Shown here: piece after piece, positions 47,745 to 57,254 of the stretch
Layout: each line of letters begins with the position of its first letter
How positions within the stretch are numbered: position 1 is the first letter of the stretch
Assembly: GCA_963514895.1 (NCBI GenBank)
Contig: CAUPVK010000002.1
Coordinates: 12,323-76,322 of the forward strand
Direction of reading: 5' to 3'
DNA length: 64,000 nt
Source: an uncultured Candidatus Saccharibacteria bacterium
Lineage (GTDB): Bacteria; Patescibacteriota; Saccharimonadia; Saccharimonadales; Saccharimonadaceae
Made by a program: the position numbers and the translations under genes
The notes under the pieces: model-generated
Database searches by the model: none
Seen by the model: only the letters and a program-made list of their open reading frames with translations
What the model was told of the DNA's origin: nothing

Positions 47745-48755
47745 ATGTTCGATACATTTCGGAAAATAGGACAGAGCGGAGCGCAGTGGAGTCGGCGGCA
47801 CTGGCGAGGGTTGATAGTGATTGTAGTGATTATCATGGGGCTGTGGCTCAATAATACGAGTCTCTTTGTGCCAACGCAGCACCCACGGATACTCGCTCAC
47901 CGAGGCTTGGCACAGACCTTTGACTACAGCAAGGTTGGCAATGACACCAACACTGCAGCCATTATGGATAAACCCGAGCACCCCTATCTTGAGAATACAA
48001 TCCCGTCAATGCGCGCTGCCTTTGATCATGGTGCGGATGTGGTAGAACTTGACCTCAAGCTCACGAAAGATAAGCAACTCGCGGTATTTCATGATGCAAC
48101 ACTAGAATATCGCACAGAAGCCAAGGGCGAGATTGGCAATTACACTATGGCTGAACTTAAGCAGCTTGACATTGGTTATGGCTACACGGCGGATGGCGGC
48201 AAAACCTTCCCATTCCGTGGCAAAGGTGTGGGCTTGATGCCCACGCTTGATGAGGTGCTGACGGCCTTTCCGCACAAAGATCTTCTTTTGCATGTTAAGG
48301 ATGGCAACCACCAGACATACGAAGTGTTGTGGGGAAAGCTCCAGGCAATGAACCCTGAACGCTTCAAACAAATAACAGTCTACGGTAATGACGATGGCAT
48401 TGCCTGGCTGCGCCAACAAAGCGCTACGCTGCGTCTCTGTTCCAAGACAATGATGAAAGCCGGTTTGCTGCGGTACTTGGCGGTTGGCTGGACGGGTTAT
48501 GTGCCGCACGAGCTGCACAATATGGAGCTGCACATTCCGCGGCGCTATGCACCACTGCTATGGGGCTGGCCAGGTAAGTTTGTTGACCGGATGGCGGCGG
48601 TAAACACGCGAGTAATGTTGGTCGAAGGCGATGGACAGTGGTCAGCTGGGTTTGATACAGCGGAGAGCGTGACGCAGATACCGCCACAGTTTGGCGGGTA
48701 TGTCTGGACGAACCGGATTGACCGGGTGCAGCCAGTGTTGGCACAGCGGCGCTGA
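47745..48755 (+). CDS. Glycerophosphodiester phosphodiesterase family protein, membrane-anchored
   Basis: 'ILAHRGL', 'ENTIPSMRAAFDHGADVVELDLKLTKDKQLAVFHD' are GDPD motifs. An N-terminal TM helix is present. Confidence 0.8.
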   Translation: MFDTFRKIGQSGAQWSRRHWRGLIVIVVIIMGLWLNNTSLFVPTQHPRILAHRGLAQTFDYSKVGNDTNTAAIMDKPEHPYLENTIPSMRAAFDHGADVVELDLKLTKDKQLAVFHDATLEYRTEAKGEIGNYTMAELKQLDIGYGYTADGGKTFPFRGKGVGLMPTLDEVLTAFPHKDLLLHVKDGNHQTYEVLWGKLQAMNPERFKQITVYGNDDGIAWLRQQSATLRLCSKTMMKAGLLRYLAVGWTGYVPHELHNMELHIPRRYAPLLWGWPGKFVDRMAAVNTRVMLVEGDGQWSAGFDTAESVTQIPPQFGGYVWTNRIDRVQPVLAQRR

Positions 48756-48903
48756 GTGTTGTATGTTTGAGCACAAAGCGTGTCGAAAGCGGGCGGTATG
48801 CTCATTCTGCTCTTTTTTAGTAGGTATAGAAGAGCGAATCACTATTGTAACACATTTACATTAGCTTTCATCTGTGCGATAATCTTAGTGAAGGAGAAGT
48901 ATA

Positions 48904-50229
48904 ATGCACACACAATTTGATGCACTGATTATTGGTTTTGGTAAGGCGGGCAAGACGCTAGCGGTAGCGCTCGCTGGGGCGGGTCAGCGGGTAGCGCTGG
49001 TGGAGCAGTCGCCGCAGATGTATGGCGGGACGTGTATTAATATTGCGTGCATTCCGACCAAGACGCTGGTGAGTGCAGCAGCGGCTGGCCAGTCGATCGA
49101 CGAAGCGTTTGCGCGCAAGACAGCGGTCGTAACCAAGCTTAATAGCAAGAACTACCACATGCTTGCGGATAACCCGGGCGTGATGGTTATCGATGGCAGT
49201 GCGTCGTTTGTTGATGCGCACACGGTGAGCGTCCAGGCGGGTGAGGAGCGTATTGAGCTGCAGGCAGAACGGTTGTTTATTAATACCGGTGCAGTGCCGG
49301 TGATGCCAGCGATTGCTGGCATTGAGCAATCGGCCCATGTCTATACCAGTACAGAGGTGCTCAACCAGCAGCTGAAGCCACGGCGGCTAGCGGTGATTGG
49401 CGCTGGGCCGATTGGTCTCGAGTTCGCCTCGACCTATGCAGCTCTTGGCACAGAGGTAACGCTCTACCATCGCCGGGCGCAGCTGCTTCCGCACGACGAG
49501 CCATCTGTTGCTCAAGCAGTTGCTCAGGCTCTGGAGGCGCAGGGTATAACACTCGTGCTTGCATCAGACATACAACAGGTGCGCGATACAGACCACGGCG
49601 TTGCTGTGATACGTGGCGGTGATGAGCAAGTATACGATGCCGTGCTTGTGGCCGCTGGCCGCCGGCCTAATACCGGCCAGCTTAGCCTTACCGCCGCTGG
49701 CGTGAAGACTGATGAGCGCGGCGCTGTTGTCGTTAATGACCATTTGCAAACCACCCAACCACATATCTGGGCGCTGGGCGATGTCAATGGTGGGCCACAG
49801 TATACCTATGTGTCGCTTGATGACTTTCGTATCGTGAAGAGTCAGCTCCTTGGTGATGGTAGCTATACGCGGGCTCAGCGTGCAGTATTGCCTCATGTGA
49901 TATTTATGCAGACACCACTGGCGCGTGTTGGCCTAACCGAAGCAGCAGCTCGCGCGCAGTATGGCGATGATGTGAAGGTTAAAGAGCTGCCAGCAATGGC
50001 GGTGCCGCGCATGCATGTTGATAATAAAACAACGGGGTTACTCAAAGCAGTGGTCCAGCCATCGACAGGCCATATTCTTGGCGCGACGCTCTTTTGCCAG
50101 CAGGCTCCAGAGGTGATTAATATTATCAAAACAGCGATGGATGCTGGATTGCCCTATACTACGCTGCGCGACCAGATCTTTACTCACCCAACGGTGAGTG
50201 AGGCGTTGAATGACCTATTTGCGCTTTGA
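48904..50229 (+). CDS. rclA: Class I pyridine nucleotide-disulfide oxidoreductase, RclA/YkgC-like
   Basis: 'IIGFGKAGKTLA', the redox CxxxxC 'GGTCINIACIPTK' and the C-terminal dimerisation 'HPTVSE' are present. The 441-aa length and N-terminal block recall E. coli RclA, from memory. Confidence 0.7.
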   Translation: MHTQFDALIIGFGKAGKTLAVALAGAGQRVALVEQSPQMYGGTCINIACIPTKTLVSAAAAGQSIDEAFARKTAVVTKLNSKNYHMLADNPGVMVIDGSASFVDAHTVSVQAGEERIELQAERLFINTGAVPVMPAIAGIEQSAHVYTSTEVLNQQLKPRRLAVIGAGPIGLEFASTYAALGTEVTLYHRRAQLLPHDEPSVAQAVAQALEAQGITLVLASDIQQVRDTDHGVAVIRGGDEQVYDAVLVAAGRRPNTGQLSLTAAGVKTDERGAVVVNDHLQTTQPHIWALGDVNGGPQYTYVSLDDFRIVKSQLLGDGSYTRAQRAVLPHVIFMQTPLARVGLTEAAARAQYGDDVKVKELPAMAVPRMHVDNKTTGLLKAVVQPSTGHILGATLFCQQAPEVINIIKTAMDAGLPYTTLRDQIFTHPTVSEALNDLFAL

Positions 50230-50338
50230 TTTTTATAGTTTGCAAAGTTTGAGACTTACATCGCAGGTAATTGACAACGCTACCACATATCTCGTACAAT
50301 AGAAATCCTAGACAATAAGGAGAACACATGTCAAATTC

Positions 50339-50356
50339 AGAGAGAGAGAGAGAGAG
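50339..50356 (+). repeat. (AG)9 dinucleotide microsatellite
   Basis: Read directly from the sequence: agagagagagagagagag, beginning 11 nt after an ATG (50328) that is preceded by taaggag. Confidence 0.95.
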
Positions 50357-50439
50357 CCTTAACAGACAATGCTAAGCAGATAGATGCTAGTGAAGCTGCG
50401 GTTGAGCATGACGATCAGCAACGTACCCGCGCTATAGGA

Positions 50440-50802
50440 GTGGTGGCAGCAAAAGGAACTGAAATGGTGCCGGTTATTTCTCGTTTTAAAGACTGGCAGG
50501 AGAAAAGGCGGGAAGAAAAGTGGAAGAAACGGGCAGCTGCCTACAAAGAAGCGAGGAGAACTCTTTATGGTCCAATAGTAGACTATGTGTCTTTCGGTCT
50601 TCGTGGTGCTCGCCCAGGAACAATGATTAATGTTCCGCGAGTATTCCCCGCTACTCGGACACAAGTAGCCTACGAGGAGAGAATGCGCCAACAATTGATG
50701 ACTCCAGAGGGGCGAAAACAGCACAACGACCTTCTCGAATTCCTTACACAGGAAGATGAAAAAGAGCGGCGTTCTTGGGAGCAGCAAGATCAAGGCGAAT
50801 AA
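50440..50802 (+). CDS. Hypothetical Lys/Arg/Glu-rich protein whose reading frame is open upstream through the (AG)9 tract
   Basis: The track ORF has a GTG start. I checked by hand that the same frame is open back to 50275. It is out of frame by +1 with the RBS-equipped ATG at 50328. Confidence 0.35.
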   Translation: MVAAKGTEMVPVISRFKDWQEKRREEKWKKRAAAYKEARRTLYGPIVDYVSFGLRGARPGTMINVPRVFPATRTQVAYEERMRQQLMTPEGRKQHNDLLEFLTQEDEKERRSWEQQDQGE

Positions 50803-50853
50803 CAACCTTATAGCCATCAAGTAGTAAAACTTCCGTAGCTATGGGAATGACAA

Positions 50854-51426
50854 CTATGCCGCTCGAAATTCATACACAAACGCACCTGTCTTTTGTGAGA
50901 GACAGATGACATCTAGGTTGGGTGAGCTGTGTTTATCTGGGAGTGTTTGACCAAGATAATAGAAGCGAATGATACACGAGCTATCTGAGGCAGCGGCCGA
51001 GCTCAGCAGAGTACGCGCGTGGCCAGACATCTGCTCTGAAGAATCAAGCGGTAATGTGCGCCCAAGCCGTGAATATGCCATCCACCCCGTGCAACCAAAC
51101 TTGCAATCGCGAAACGGCTGGCTAGCGAGCAGACGCTGACGTGCGGCGTGGTCGGTGATAGTGCCGATGACGATGCCGCCTGGCCCATCAATATTGATAA
51201 ACTCACCGCGGCTCAGGGTAATGTCGAGCGACTGCGTGGCCTCGCTTTTCACTCGCTGCGCGAGTTCCTTCGTTGCGTTCGTCCAGAGTGGCTCGGGTCG
51301 CACTGCGTGCAAGACAGCGCTCATGCTAATGCCTACCACGACCAGCAGAATTATCACCACAAGCGGCAGCCATATATGGCGGAGAATAGTGAGAAGCCTG
51401 ACGAGTGTATTGCGCATGTATTTCAT
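50854..51426 (-). CDS. Hypothetical membrane-anchored exported protein
   Basis: It has the N-terminal TM 'IWLPLVVIILLVVVGISMSAVL'. A TATACT box lies 6 nt upstream of the ATG. It lies downstream of the SipW-like gene. Confidence 0.4.
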   Translation of the reverse strand: MKYMRNTLVRLLTILRHIWLPLVVIILLVVVGISMSAVLHAVRPEPLWTNATKELAQRVKSEATQSLDITLSRGEFINIDGPGGIVIGTITDHAARQRLLASQPFRDCKFGCTGWMAYSRLGRTLPLDSSEQMSGHARTLLSSAAASDSSCIIRFYYLGQTLPDKHSSPNLDVICLSQKTGAFVYEFRAA

Positions 51427-51511
51427 GCATATAGTATATAGCAGGCGCTGGATGCTTGCAATGGGAGCAAAACGATGTAATAGCTAAAGATATGTTGTCG
51501 CGCTGCGTGCG

Positions 51512-53185
51512 CTATTTTGTGCCAGCAAGGTAGATTTCTTGCACCTGAGCATCATTCAGCGCGGTGGTGTGGACAGCCCCAAACTGCATCATGCCAGTGA
51601 AGAATGTGTTTGTGCTGTTGATGGGTGTGCCATCGCCATTACGCCACTCGCTAAAGCGCCCACAGCCAAACTTCCAGTAGCCGCGGAAGTTTTGGGCCTG
51701 CGTGACGCTTGGGTCGTGAGCAACCAGTGCACCATCGGCATAGAGCCGCATACCTTGTGGTGAGAGTGAGGCAGCGACGTGGTGCCACTTGCCATCGGCG
51801 TAGTTTTTGCCAGCTGGTGAGAAGATTGAGCGCGTGGCATTAGGCCACACTGCAAAGGCAATGCGCCCTTGCTTATCGAGAAAGAGGACGCGGTCTAAGC
51901 TTGGGTCGGCACCATTGTCTGGTGTACTGGCAAAGCCGGCGATGCGCCCATTATTGAGCCCGTATTGATTGGTATTAAACCAGACAGAGAGGGTAAAAGG
52001 GTTGGGGTTATCAACCGGTGTGGGGTAGGCGAGACAGGTATCTTTAAAGAGGGTGCTGCGCACACGGTCGCGGCGACAGGCATATGATTGTGAACCATGA
52101 GCAGCGGCCGTGCGCGTGAGCCAGGCACCCTTATTGTTATTACCAGATAGGTCGCGCTCGGTAGTGCCAGTATCGAAGAATGTCATGCCGTAGATAAAGA
52201 GCGCTTGCGAGGGGGCAGTGAGCTTGGTGGCATCAGTGCAGTTGTAGAGCACGGGGCGCGCAGTATTAGCACTGTTGCGGATCGTACCGGAAAACGCCCC
52301 GCTTGTTAGATAAAAATTATGAAAGATAATAAAGCATATCCCCACCAGGGTAATAATTGCTGCGACGATGACAGAGGTGACAGGCAATGGCTGTGGTGAG
52401 CTATCGGCTGCGACAGGCCGAGATAGCTGGCGAAGGCCGTAGAGCATGAGGCCAAAGGGGATAAGACAAATGAGCATAATACACAAGACGACCCACGCTG
52501 TGTAATGAATCGTTGGCATGAAAAAATACTGCCCATGGCTATTTTGCACTGAGACGGTAATGGTAGCATCTTGGCCGGGGTAGAGCACTGTACCGACTGC
52601 GTCAATTGGGAAGACGCCAGTATTAACGATGTGCATAGTCGCGCCTTCATTGGACGGCAAAACACTGAGCACACTAAAGTTGATCCATGGATGAAACCAC
52701 AGTGACACAGCGCAAAGCACCAGCGTCATGCCAATAATCCGATAATACCAGCGCCACGTTGGGCGAGCTCGGCGGGTGGCTAGATGGATGATGAGCCAGC
52801 CGATTACCACCCATGGCGCCATCAGCCATACCCAGCCAAGCCATGGGTTGATGAAAATTGCTTTGCCAATGATGGCGCTGTGCTCAATGGGGAGTGGATC
52901 AGCCGCGTGGTTGAGGTCGCCCTTGGTGAGGATACGCTGGTTGGTGATAGACTGTATCCGATGAGTATACGTCCGGCCGTGGCGTCGGAAGGTGATGATA
53001 TCGCCGGGGTGGTAGCTGCTAGCTGGCTGGGCAATGACGAGCGAGCCAACTGGCGCGGCAGTAGCCATGCTTGGCGTTGTGACGAAAAAGATACGCATGC
53101 CGAGCGCCATCATCACGGCAACGAAGCCTCCAAGACAGAGGCTTAGGATAGTGATGATAATTATTCGTTGCCGCGGCATGCGCAT
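51512..53185 (-). CDS. SipW-type (S26B) signal peptidase I fused to a polytopic linker and a C-terminal LamG/concanavalin-like domain
   Basis: The peptidase motifs are 'VTTPSMATAAPVGSLV' (catalytic Ser), 'YTHRI' (His) and 'TKGDLNHAADP'. Then come about 5 TM helices. The C-terminal 'WHHVAASLSPQGMRLYADGALV...FTGMMQFGAVHTTALNDAQVQEIY' is typical of Laminin_G_3. Confidence 0.65.
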   Translation of the reverse strand: MRMPRQRIIIITILSLCLGGFVAVMMALGMRIFFVTTPSMATAAPVGSLVIAQPASSYHPGDIITFRRHGRTYTHRIQSITNQRILTKGDLNHAADPLPIEHSAIIGKAIFINPWLGWVWLMAPWVVIGWLIIHLATRRARPTWRWYYRIIGMTLVLCAVSLWFHPWINFSVLSVLPSNEGATMHIVNTGVFPIDAVGTVLYPGQDATITVSVQNSHGQYFFMPTIHYTAWVVLCIMLICLIPFGLMLYGLRQLSRPVAADSSPQPLPVTSVIVAAIITLVGICFIIFHNFYLTSGAFSGTIRNSANTARPVLYNCTDATKLTAPSQALFIYGMTFFDTGTTERDLSGNNNKGAWLTRTAAAHGSQSYACRRDRVRSTLFKDTCLAYPTPVDNPNPFTLSVWFNTNQYGLNNGRIAGFASTPDNGADPSLDRVLFLDKQGRIAFAVWPNATRSIFSPAGKNYADGKWHHVAASLSPQGMRLYADGALVAHDPSVTQAQNFRGYWKFGCGRFSEWRNGDGTPINSTNTFFTGMMQFGAVHTTALNDAQVQEIYLAGTK

Positions 53186-53203
53186 CGTCCTACTCCAGAG
53201 GAA

Positions 53204-53857
53204 TTACGCGCCAAATGTCCACGTCAGTGGTTGCGAGACCTGCAGACCTTGGTAGGTTGGGCCAGCGCTGGCGTCGAGTGACACCTCAAAGGTGATTGGC
53301 ACACTCTCGCCTGCATTGATGGTTGCTTTGCTGAGCTTGGCGAGCAGGTCGATAGCACCGCCTGCTTGCAATTGTGCGGCAGTACCCGTAAAGAGTGTGC
53401 TGCTGCCTGATTTGATAGCCACCTTGACTTTGCTACACAAGTCTGTTGCCGAACCCGCCATTGAAGCACCAGCGACAGACGATTGGCTACATGTGCCAGG
53501 GTTGAGGCTAAAGGATGTTGCGGCTACGCTTCCGGTGTTTTGCAGGGTGATGTTGGTTGTTTGGGCTGGCCCACCAGCAACAAGTGGTGTGCTTGTACCA
53601 CCATATTTGTTAATAGTAGAGCAGGTAGCAGAGTTCGTCGTCGCACCAGCGCCATCTGTGCTATTGCAGGTGTAGGTGCCCGACGTCTCCTTCATGGTGA
53701 GTGTACCGGTTGAGGCGCTGTTAACGGTGTTTTGGATGCTTGCCGCAAAGCCTGCAAAGGTTGGCGTAAAGGTAAAGGCGACCAGCAGTGCACCCACAAT
53801 CCCCGTTGAGATAAGGCCAATCCGTTTTTTACCCTGGCCAGTTTGAGTTGCAATCAT
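53204..53857 (-). CDS. TasA/camelysin-like exported protein with a SipW-cognate (alternate-type) signal peptide
   Basis: 'KKRIGLISTGIVGALLVAFTFTPTFAGFAASIQNTVNSASTGTLTM' fits the SipW-dependent signal and mature N-terminus pattern. The body is Thr/Ser/Gly-rich beta-type. An aaggggg RBS precedes the ATG at 53857. Confidence 0.55.
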   Translation of the reverse strand: MIATQTGQGKKRIGLISTGIVGALLVAFTFTPTFAGFAASIQNTVNSASTGTLTMKETSGTYTCNSTDGAGATTNSATCSTINKYGGTSTPLVAGGPAQTTNITLQNTGSVAATSFSLNPGTCSQSSVAGASMAGSATDLCSKVKVAIKSGSSTLFTGTAAQLQAGGAIDLLAKLSKATINAGESVPITFEVSLDASAGPTYQGLQVSQPLTWTFGA

Positions 53858-54292
53858 AAAAATCCCCCTTATGGTTATATTAGCTATCAGTGTACCAAAA
53901 GCATGAGCGTTATACAAGACGGTAGATCGCTGATTGTTGTATATACTGTTATATTAGCCATCCCTCCTTTGGGGCAATAGAAGGATTGATTGAGTATTTT
54001 CTGCGGATTGGTCTCTTCCGTGGATGCCAAAAGCCTGATGAAGAAGGCAACAGATTTTTCTCGATGTATAGCAGAGTAGCGAGAGAAAGGTTACTACACC
54101 AGATTGTCCTCGTATGGATATGGCATGGCTGTACCTCTGTTTTTACTATAGGCTAATGCGAGAGAGCTGGTTGCTATACACCCTATTACCAGTCTCGCTG
54201 CGCAGCCGTTTCCAAACCTGCTATAATAGAATATGAGTAGAAAGTAAAGAGGCGTTATCGTTCAGGATAGCGCGAGCGGAGGTCGGAGCGAT

Positions 54293-54865
54293 ATGGCAAT
54301 CAGTCAGGCGAAACTAATTCAGGCAGCGCGGCGGGTCTTTGCCCAGGACGGCTACAAGGCGGCATCGATCGTGGAGATTGCTCAGGTGGCGGGCATTGCG
54401 GTGGGTGGTGTGTATTTGCTCTATCCGTCTAAGCTGGAGCTCTTCCTTGCGGTGTATTGTGCGGAGGACGAGAAGACGAAGAACCGGATCGTCGGGCGGA
54501 TTGATTGGTCGCAGCCGCGGGCGGCTTTTGCAGCCTATCTACGTGCCACGACGCAAGCCATGCGGCGTAATAAAATCCTCGCCGAGTGGCAGAGTGATGT
54601 GCCTGGCGAGCAGGTGCGCCAAGCCTACCAAGACGAGGCCAAGCAAGCAGAGGCGGGTAATAGCCTGGCAATGCGTGGTGAGTTCTTTGCCGAGCAGGTG
54701 CAGCAGTGGCGGCGCGATGGCATACTGCGGCCAGGCGCGACCGACCAGATAATTAGCGAGCTCTTTACAGCAGTGGCGGCAATCGACGCACTGGAGGGTA
54801 TCGCACCAAAGACGATGCGGTTTATGGTTGATGCGGTGCTTGAGCAGCTGTTTGTCAGTGAATAG
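54293..54865 (+). CDS. TetR/AcrR family transcriptional regulator
   Basis: The HTH 'DGYKAASIVEIAQVAGIAVGGVYLLYPSKLELF' is present. Confidence 0.8.
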   Translation: MAISQAKLIQAARRVFAQDGYKAASIVEIAQVAGIAVGGVYLLYPSKLELFLAVYCAEDEKTKNRIVGRIDWSQPRAAFAAYLRATTQAMRRNKILAEWQSDVPGEQVRQAYQDEAKQAEAGNSLAMRGEFFAEQVQQWRRDGILRPGATDQIISELFTAVAAIDALEGIAPKTMRFMVDAVLEQLFVSE

Positions 54866-54898
54866 TCGTCGCCATACGTCGCTATAAAATAATGAACG

Positions 54899-55885
54899 AT
54901 GCAGAACGCAGAAGCGAACCTGTCGTATTATTTGCAATTATCACCGCTTCATCGTATACTTATCACTAGTATGTTGCAATATCTTCGTTCGAGTGAGGCA
55001 GATCAGACGATTACGCCGCGTGATACGCTGCGGGTTGGGTCGTGGCTGCGCTGCGAGAAGCCCAGCAGTGAGGAGATCGACAAGCTCCTGGCGCTTGGTA
55101 TGGACGAAAACATCATCAAAGATGCGCTAGACCCGCACGAGGTGCCACGTGTTGAGTTTGAGGATGAGTGGACGTATTTGATTGCCCGCCTGCCTGATAC
55201 AGACGATGATTTTAATGACTTTACGACGCCGATATTGTTTGGTATTCACAAAAATTATGTCGTGACGCTCTCGCGTGATAGCCTGGGCCGGCTGTGGCAG
55301 CCTTTCGTCGACAAAACACGGATGAATACGGCGCGGCGGATTGAGCTCGTGGTGGCAATGATCGAGGCGGTGTCGCTGCAGTACCAGCGGCGAGTGGCAA
55401 CGATCAACCGACAAATGCGAGCAGCAACGGACGACCTCCATACGCTGCGGGCGCGCGATATCGTGACGCTGACCGAGTATGAACGCAAGCTCAACGATTA
55501 CCTCAATGCGCTGGTGCCAATGAACTGGGCGATTGAGCGCTTGATGGCAAACCGCAGCCTCCGCCTCAAAGAGGATGATAAGGATGATGTGGAGGATATC
55601 TCGATTGATTTGGAGCAGGTGATTGCACGTTGTAAGTCGCTCCTGCGCACCATCACTAATGTGCGTGATAGCTACCGCGCCGTGATGGACACACGCCTGA
55701 ATGAGACGATTCGCTTACTAACGGTGATCACGGTGGCGCTGACCATCCCAACGATGATCGCTGGGCTCTATGGCATGAATGTGCCTGTGCCCGGGGCGGA
55801 CGACCCGACGATGTTTTGGAAGATTACCGCTGTGAGTGTGATAGCCGCCATGGCAACCGGGTATTATTTCTTGCGCCGGCGGTAG
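54899..55885 (+). CDS. corA: CorA-family magnesium/cobalt transporter
   Basis: It has two C-terminal TM helices with the 'YGMNV' (GMN) signature. The start may be the internal ATG at 54971. Confidence 0.85.
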   Translation: MQNAEANLSYYLQLSPLHRILITSMLQYLRSSEADQTITPRDTLRVGSWLRCEKPSSEEIDKLLALGMDENIIKDALDPHEVPRVEFEDEWTYLIARLPDTDDDFNDFTTPILFGIHKNYVVTLSRDSLGRLWQPFVDKTRMNTARRIELVVAMIEAVSLQYQRRVATINRQMRAATDDLHTLRARDIVTLTEYERKLNDYLNALVPMNWAIERLMANRSLRLKEDDKDDVEDISIDLEQVIARCKSLLRTITNVRDSYRAVMDTRLNETIRLLTVITVALTIPTMIAGLYGMNVPVPGADDPTMFWKITAVSVIAAMATGYYFLRRR

Positions 55886-55888
55886 GGG

Positions 55889-56599
55889 TTATTGCACCCC
55901 ACCTGCTTTAAGCAATGTCTTTAGCCCGTGCTTGCCGCCACCAAAGCCGCTGGTGGTGTAGTCGTTGACGATCATGTAGGGCAGGCCAGTGACGCCGAGC
56001 TTGAGAGCGCGGCTGGTGTTTGTGGCAATGTCGTCTTTGTGTTTCTCGTTTGTCACGCAGTCGCGGAAGGTCTCGACGTTGAGTCCAATCGCTTTGGCCG
56101 ATGTTTCGAAGTAGCTGACGGGGAGGAGCGGAATTTCTTTGGGTACGGCAACGCCTTTGACGCCAATGCCTTTGTCAAAGTAGTCAGCTTTGATGCGGGG
56201 CACAATGTGGTGTGTGTATTCCCAATATTTATGCTGGTCGGCTGCGCAAAATGCTGCCTCGGCACCACGTTCGGTATTGGGCACAATATCTTTGAGAACG
56301 GCAACAATCCGGTGTTCGTAGCGCAGTTTGCCCGACTTGATATACTGCTGGAAGTCTGCAGTGTTCGTGGCAGCCTCGACCTGGGCGCAGAATGAGCAGA
56401 AGTAGTCGGTGTAGTCAACGAAGACATTGGGCGCAGTGTGGCTACCCTGCGACATGGCGCTTTGCCATGGTTCACCTTTGCCAATATGCTTGTTGGGTGG
56501 GCGGTTGATGAGATTGTAGGCGAAGAGGCTGATGATTGTGACGACGACAATCCCAAGCATGATATGGATTAAGCTAACCCCTGTTTGTTGTGACTGCAT
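55889..56599 (-). CDS. DsbA-like thioredoxin-fold thiol:disulfide oxidoreductase, membrane-anchored
   Basis: It has an N-terminal TM helix, the active-site 'FCSFCAQ' (CxxC) and a C-terminal 'VTGLPYMIVND' (cis-Pro loop). Confidence 0.7.
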   Translation of the reverse strand: MQSQQTGVSLIHIMLGIVVVTIISLFAYNLINRPPNKHIGKGEPWQSAMSQGSHTAPNVFVDYTDYFCSFCAQVEAATNTADFQQYIKSGKLRYEHRIVAVLKDIVPNTERGAEAAFCAADQHKYWEYTHHIVPRIKADYFDKGIGVKGVAVPKEIPLLPVSYFETSAKAIGLNVETFRDCVTNEKHKDDIATNTSRALKLGVTGLPYMIVNDYTTSGFGGGKHGLKTLLKAGGVQ

Positions 56600-57197
56600 G
56601 ATACTCCTCCTGCTGAGCTAATGTTATGTAAATGGCGGCAATCTGGCCCGATCGATAGAGCGAAAAGAGGCTGAGCCCAAGGGCAATGACAAGCACAATG
56701 GTGCTGGCAACTGTCGCGGCTGAAGCAGCGGCTGCTCCCGAGAAAAACACTGCCACGATGGGGAGAATGAGTGATGTACCACAGGGCACGCAGCCCAGGC
56801 CAATTGCCGCCGCGACGGAGGCAATACCACTAAGACCGAGTTGCTGGGTGGTTTGCTGGTTGCGCTTGTTGCGCCGGGCGGTGAAGATAATAAGCGTGAG
56901 CGATATCCCTTGCAGTATTGAGACAAGCACGAGCAGCGCACCCGTCAGTGATGTCGCGGCCTGCCGAGCAATCTCTATAAACATCGTCCCAATGACGCCA
57001 AGTTTATCGATAAGCGGCAGACGAGACATAAGCAGCGCGCCATAGAATCCACCGTTAGTTAAGAGAAAAATTAGCCAGGCAAAGCCGAGCGCGCTAACTA
57101 GCGCTCCTGCCGCATAGCGCGGCTGGCGCAGCACCTGACTAATGCCGCTTAGGGCAGTGGGGATAGTATGGCGTAGCGAAGAAAGGCGATGTTTCAT
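56574..57197 (-). CDS. Polytopic membrane protein with an intramembrane CxxC ('GCVPCG')
   Basis: It has about 5-6 TM helices and only two Cys, both in 'GLGCVPCGTS'. The 3' end overlaps the DsbA-like gene start by 26 nt. A TGgTATAAT box lies 10 nt upstream. Confidence 0.45.
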   Translation of the reverse strand: MKHRLSSLRHTIPTALSGISQVLRQPRYAAGALVSALGFAWLIFLLTNGGFYGALLMSRLPLIDKLGVIGTMFIEIARQAATSLTGALLVLVSILQGISLTLIIFTARRNKRNQQTTQQLGLSGIASVAAAIGLGCVPCGTSLILPIVAVFFSGAAAASAATVASTIVLVIALGLSLFSLYRSGQIAAIYITLAQQEEYHAVTTNRG

Positions 57198-57254
57198 CAG
57201 TGTCTTTATTATACCACTGAGCGCTATAGCCCTCTGTGGTTATCCTAGTGATGG

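Noticed and set aside
50359-50820. A 153-aa ORF on the - strand opposite the (AG)9-linked ORF.
   Set aside because: It has no RBS or promoter at its start, and its hydrophobic, low-complexity translation looks like a shadow frame. The + strand frame has an RBS-equipped ATG and an open frame through the repeat. I cannot exclude it completely.
54240-54262. An imperfect inverted repeat CGTTATC-gttcag-GATAGCG upstream of the second TetR gene, considered as a possible operator.
   Set aside because: The arms are only 7 bp with one mismatch, which is not distinguishable from chance.
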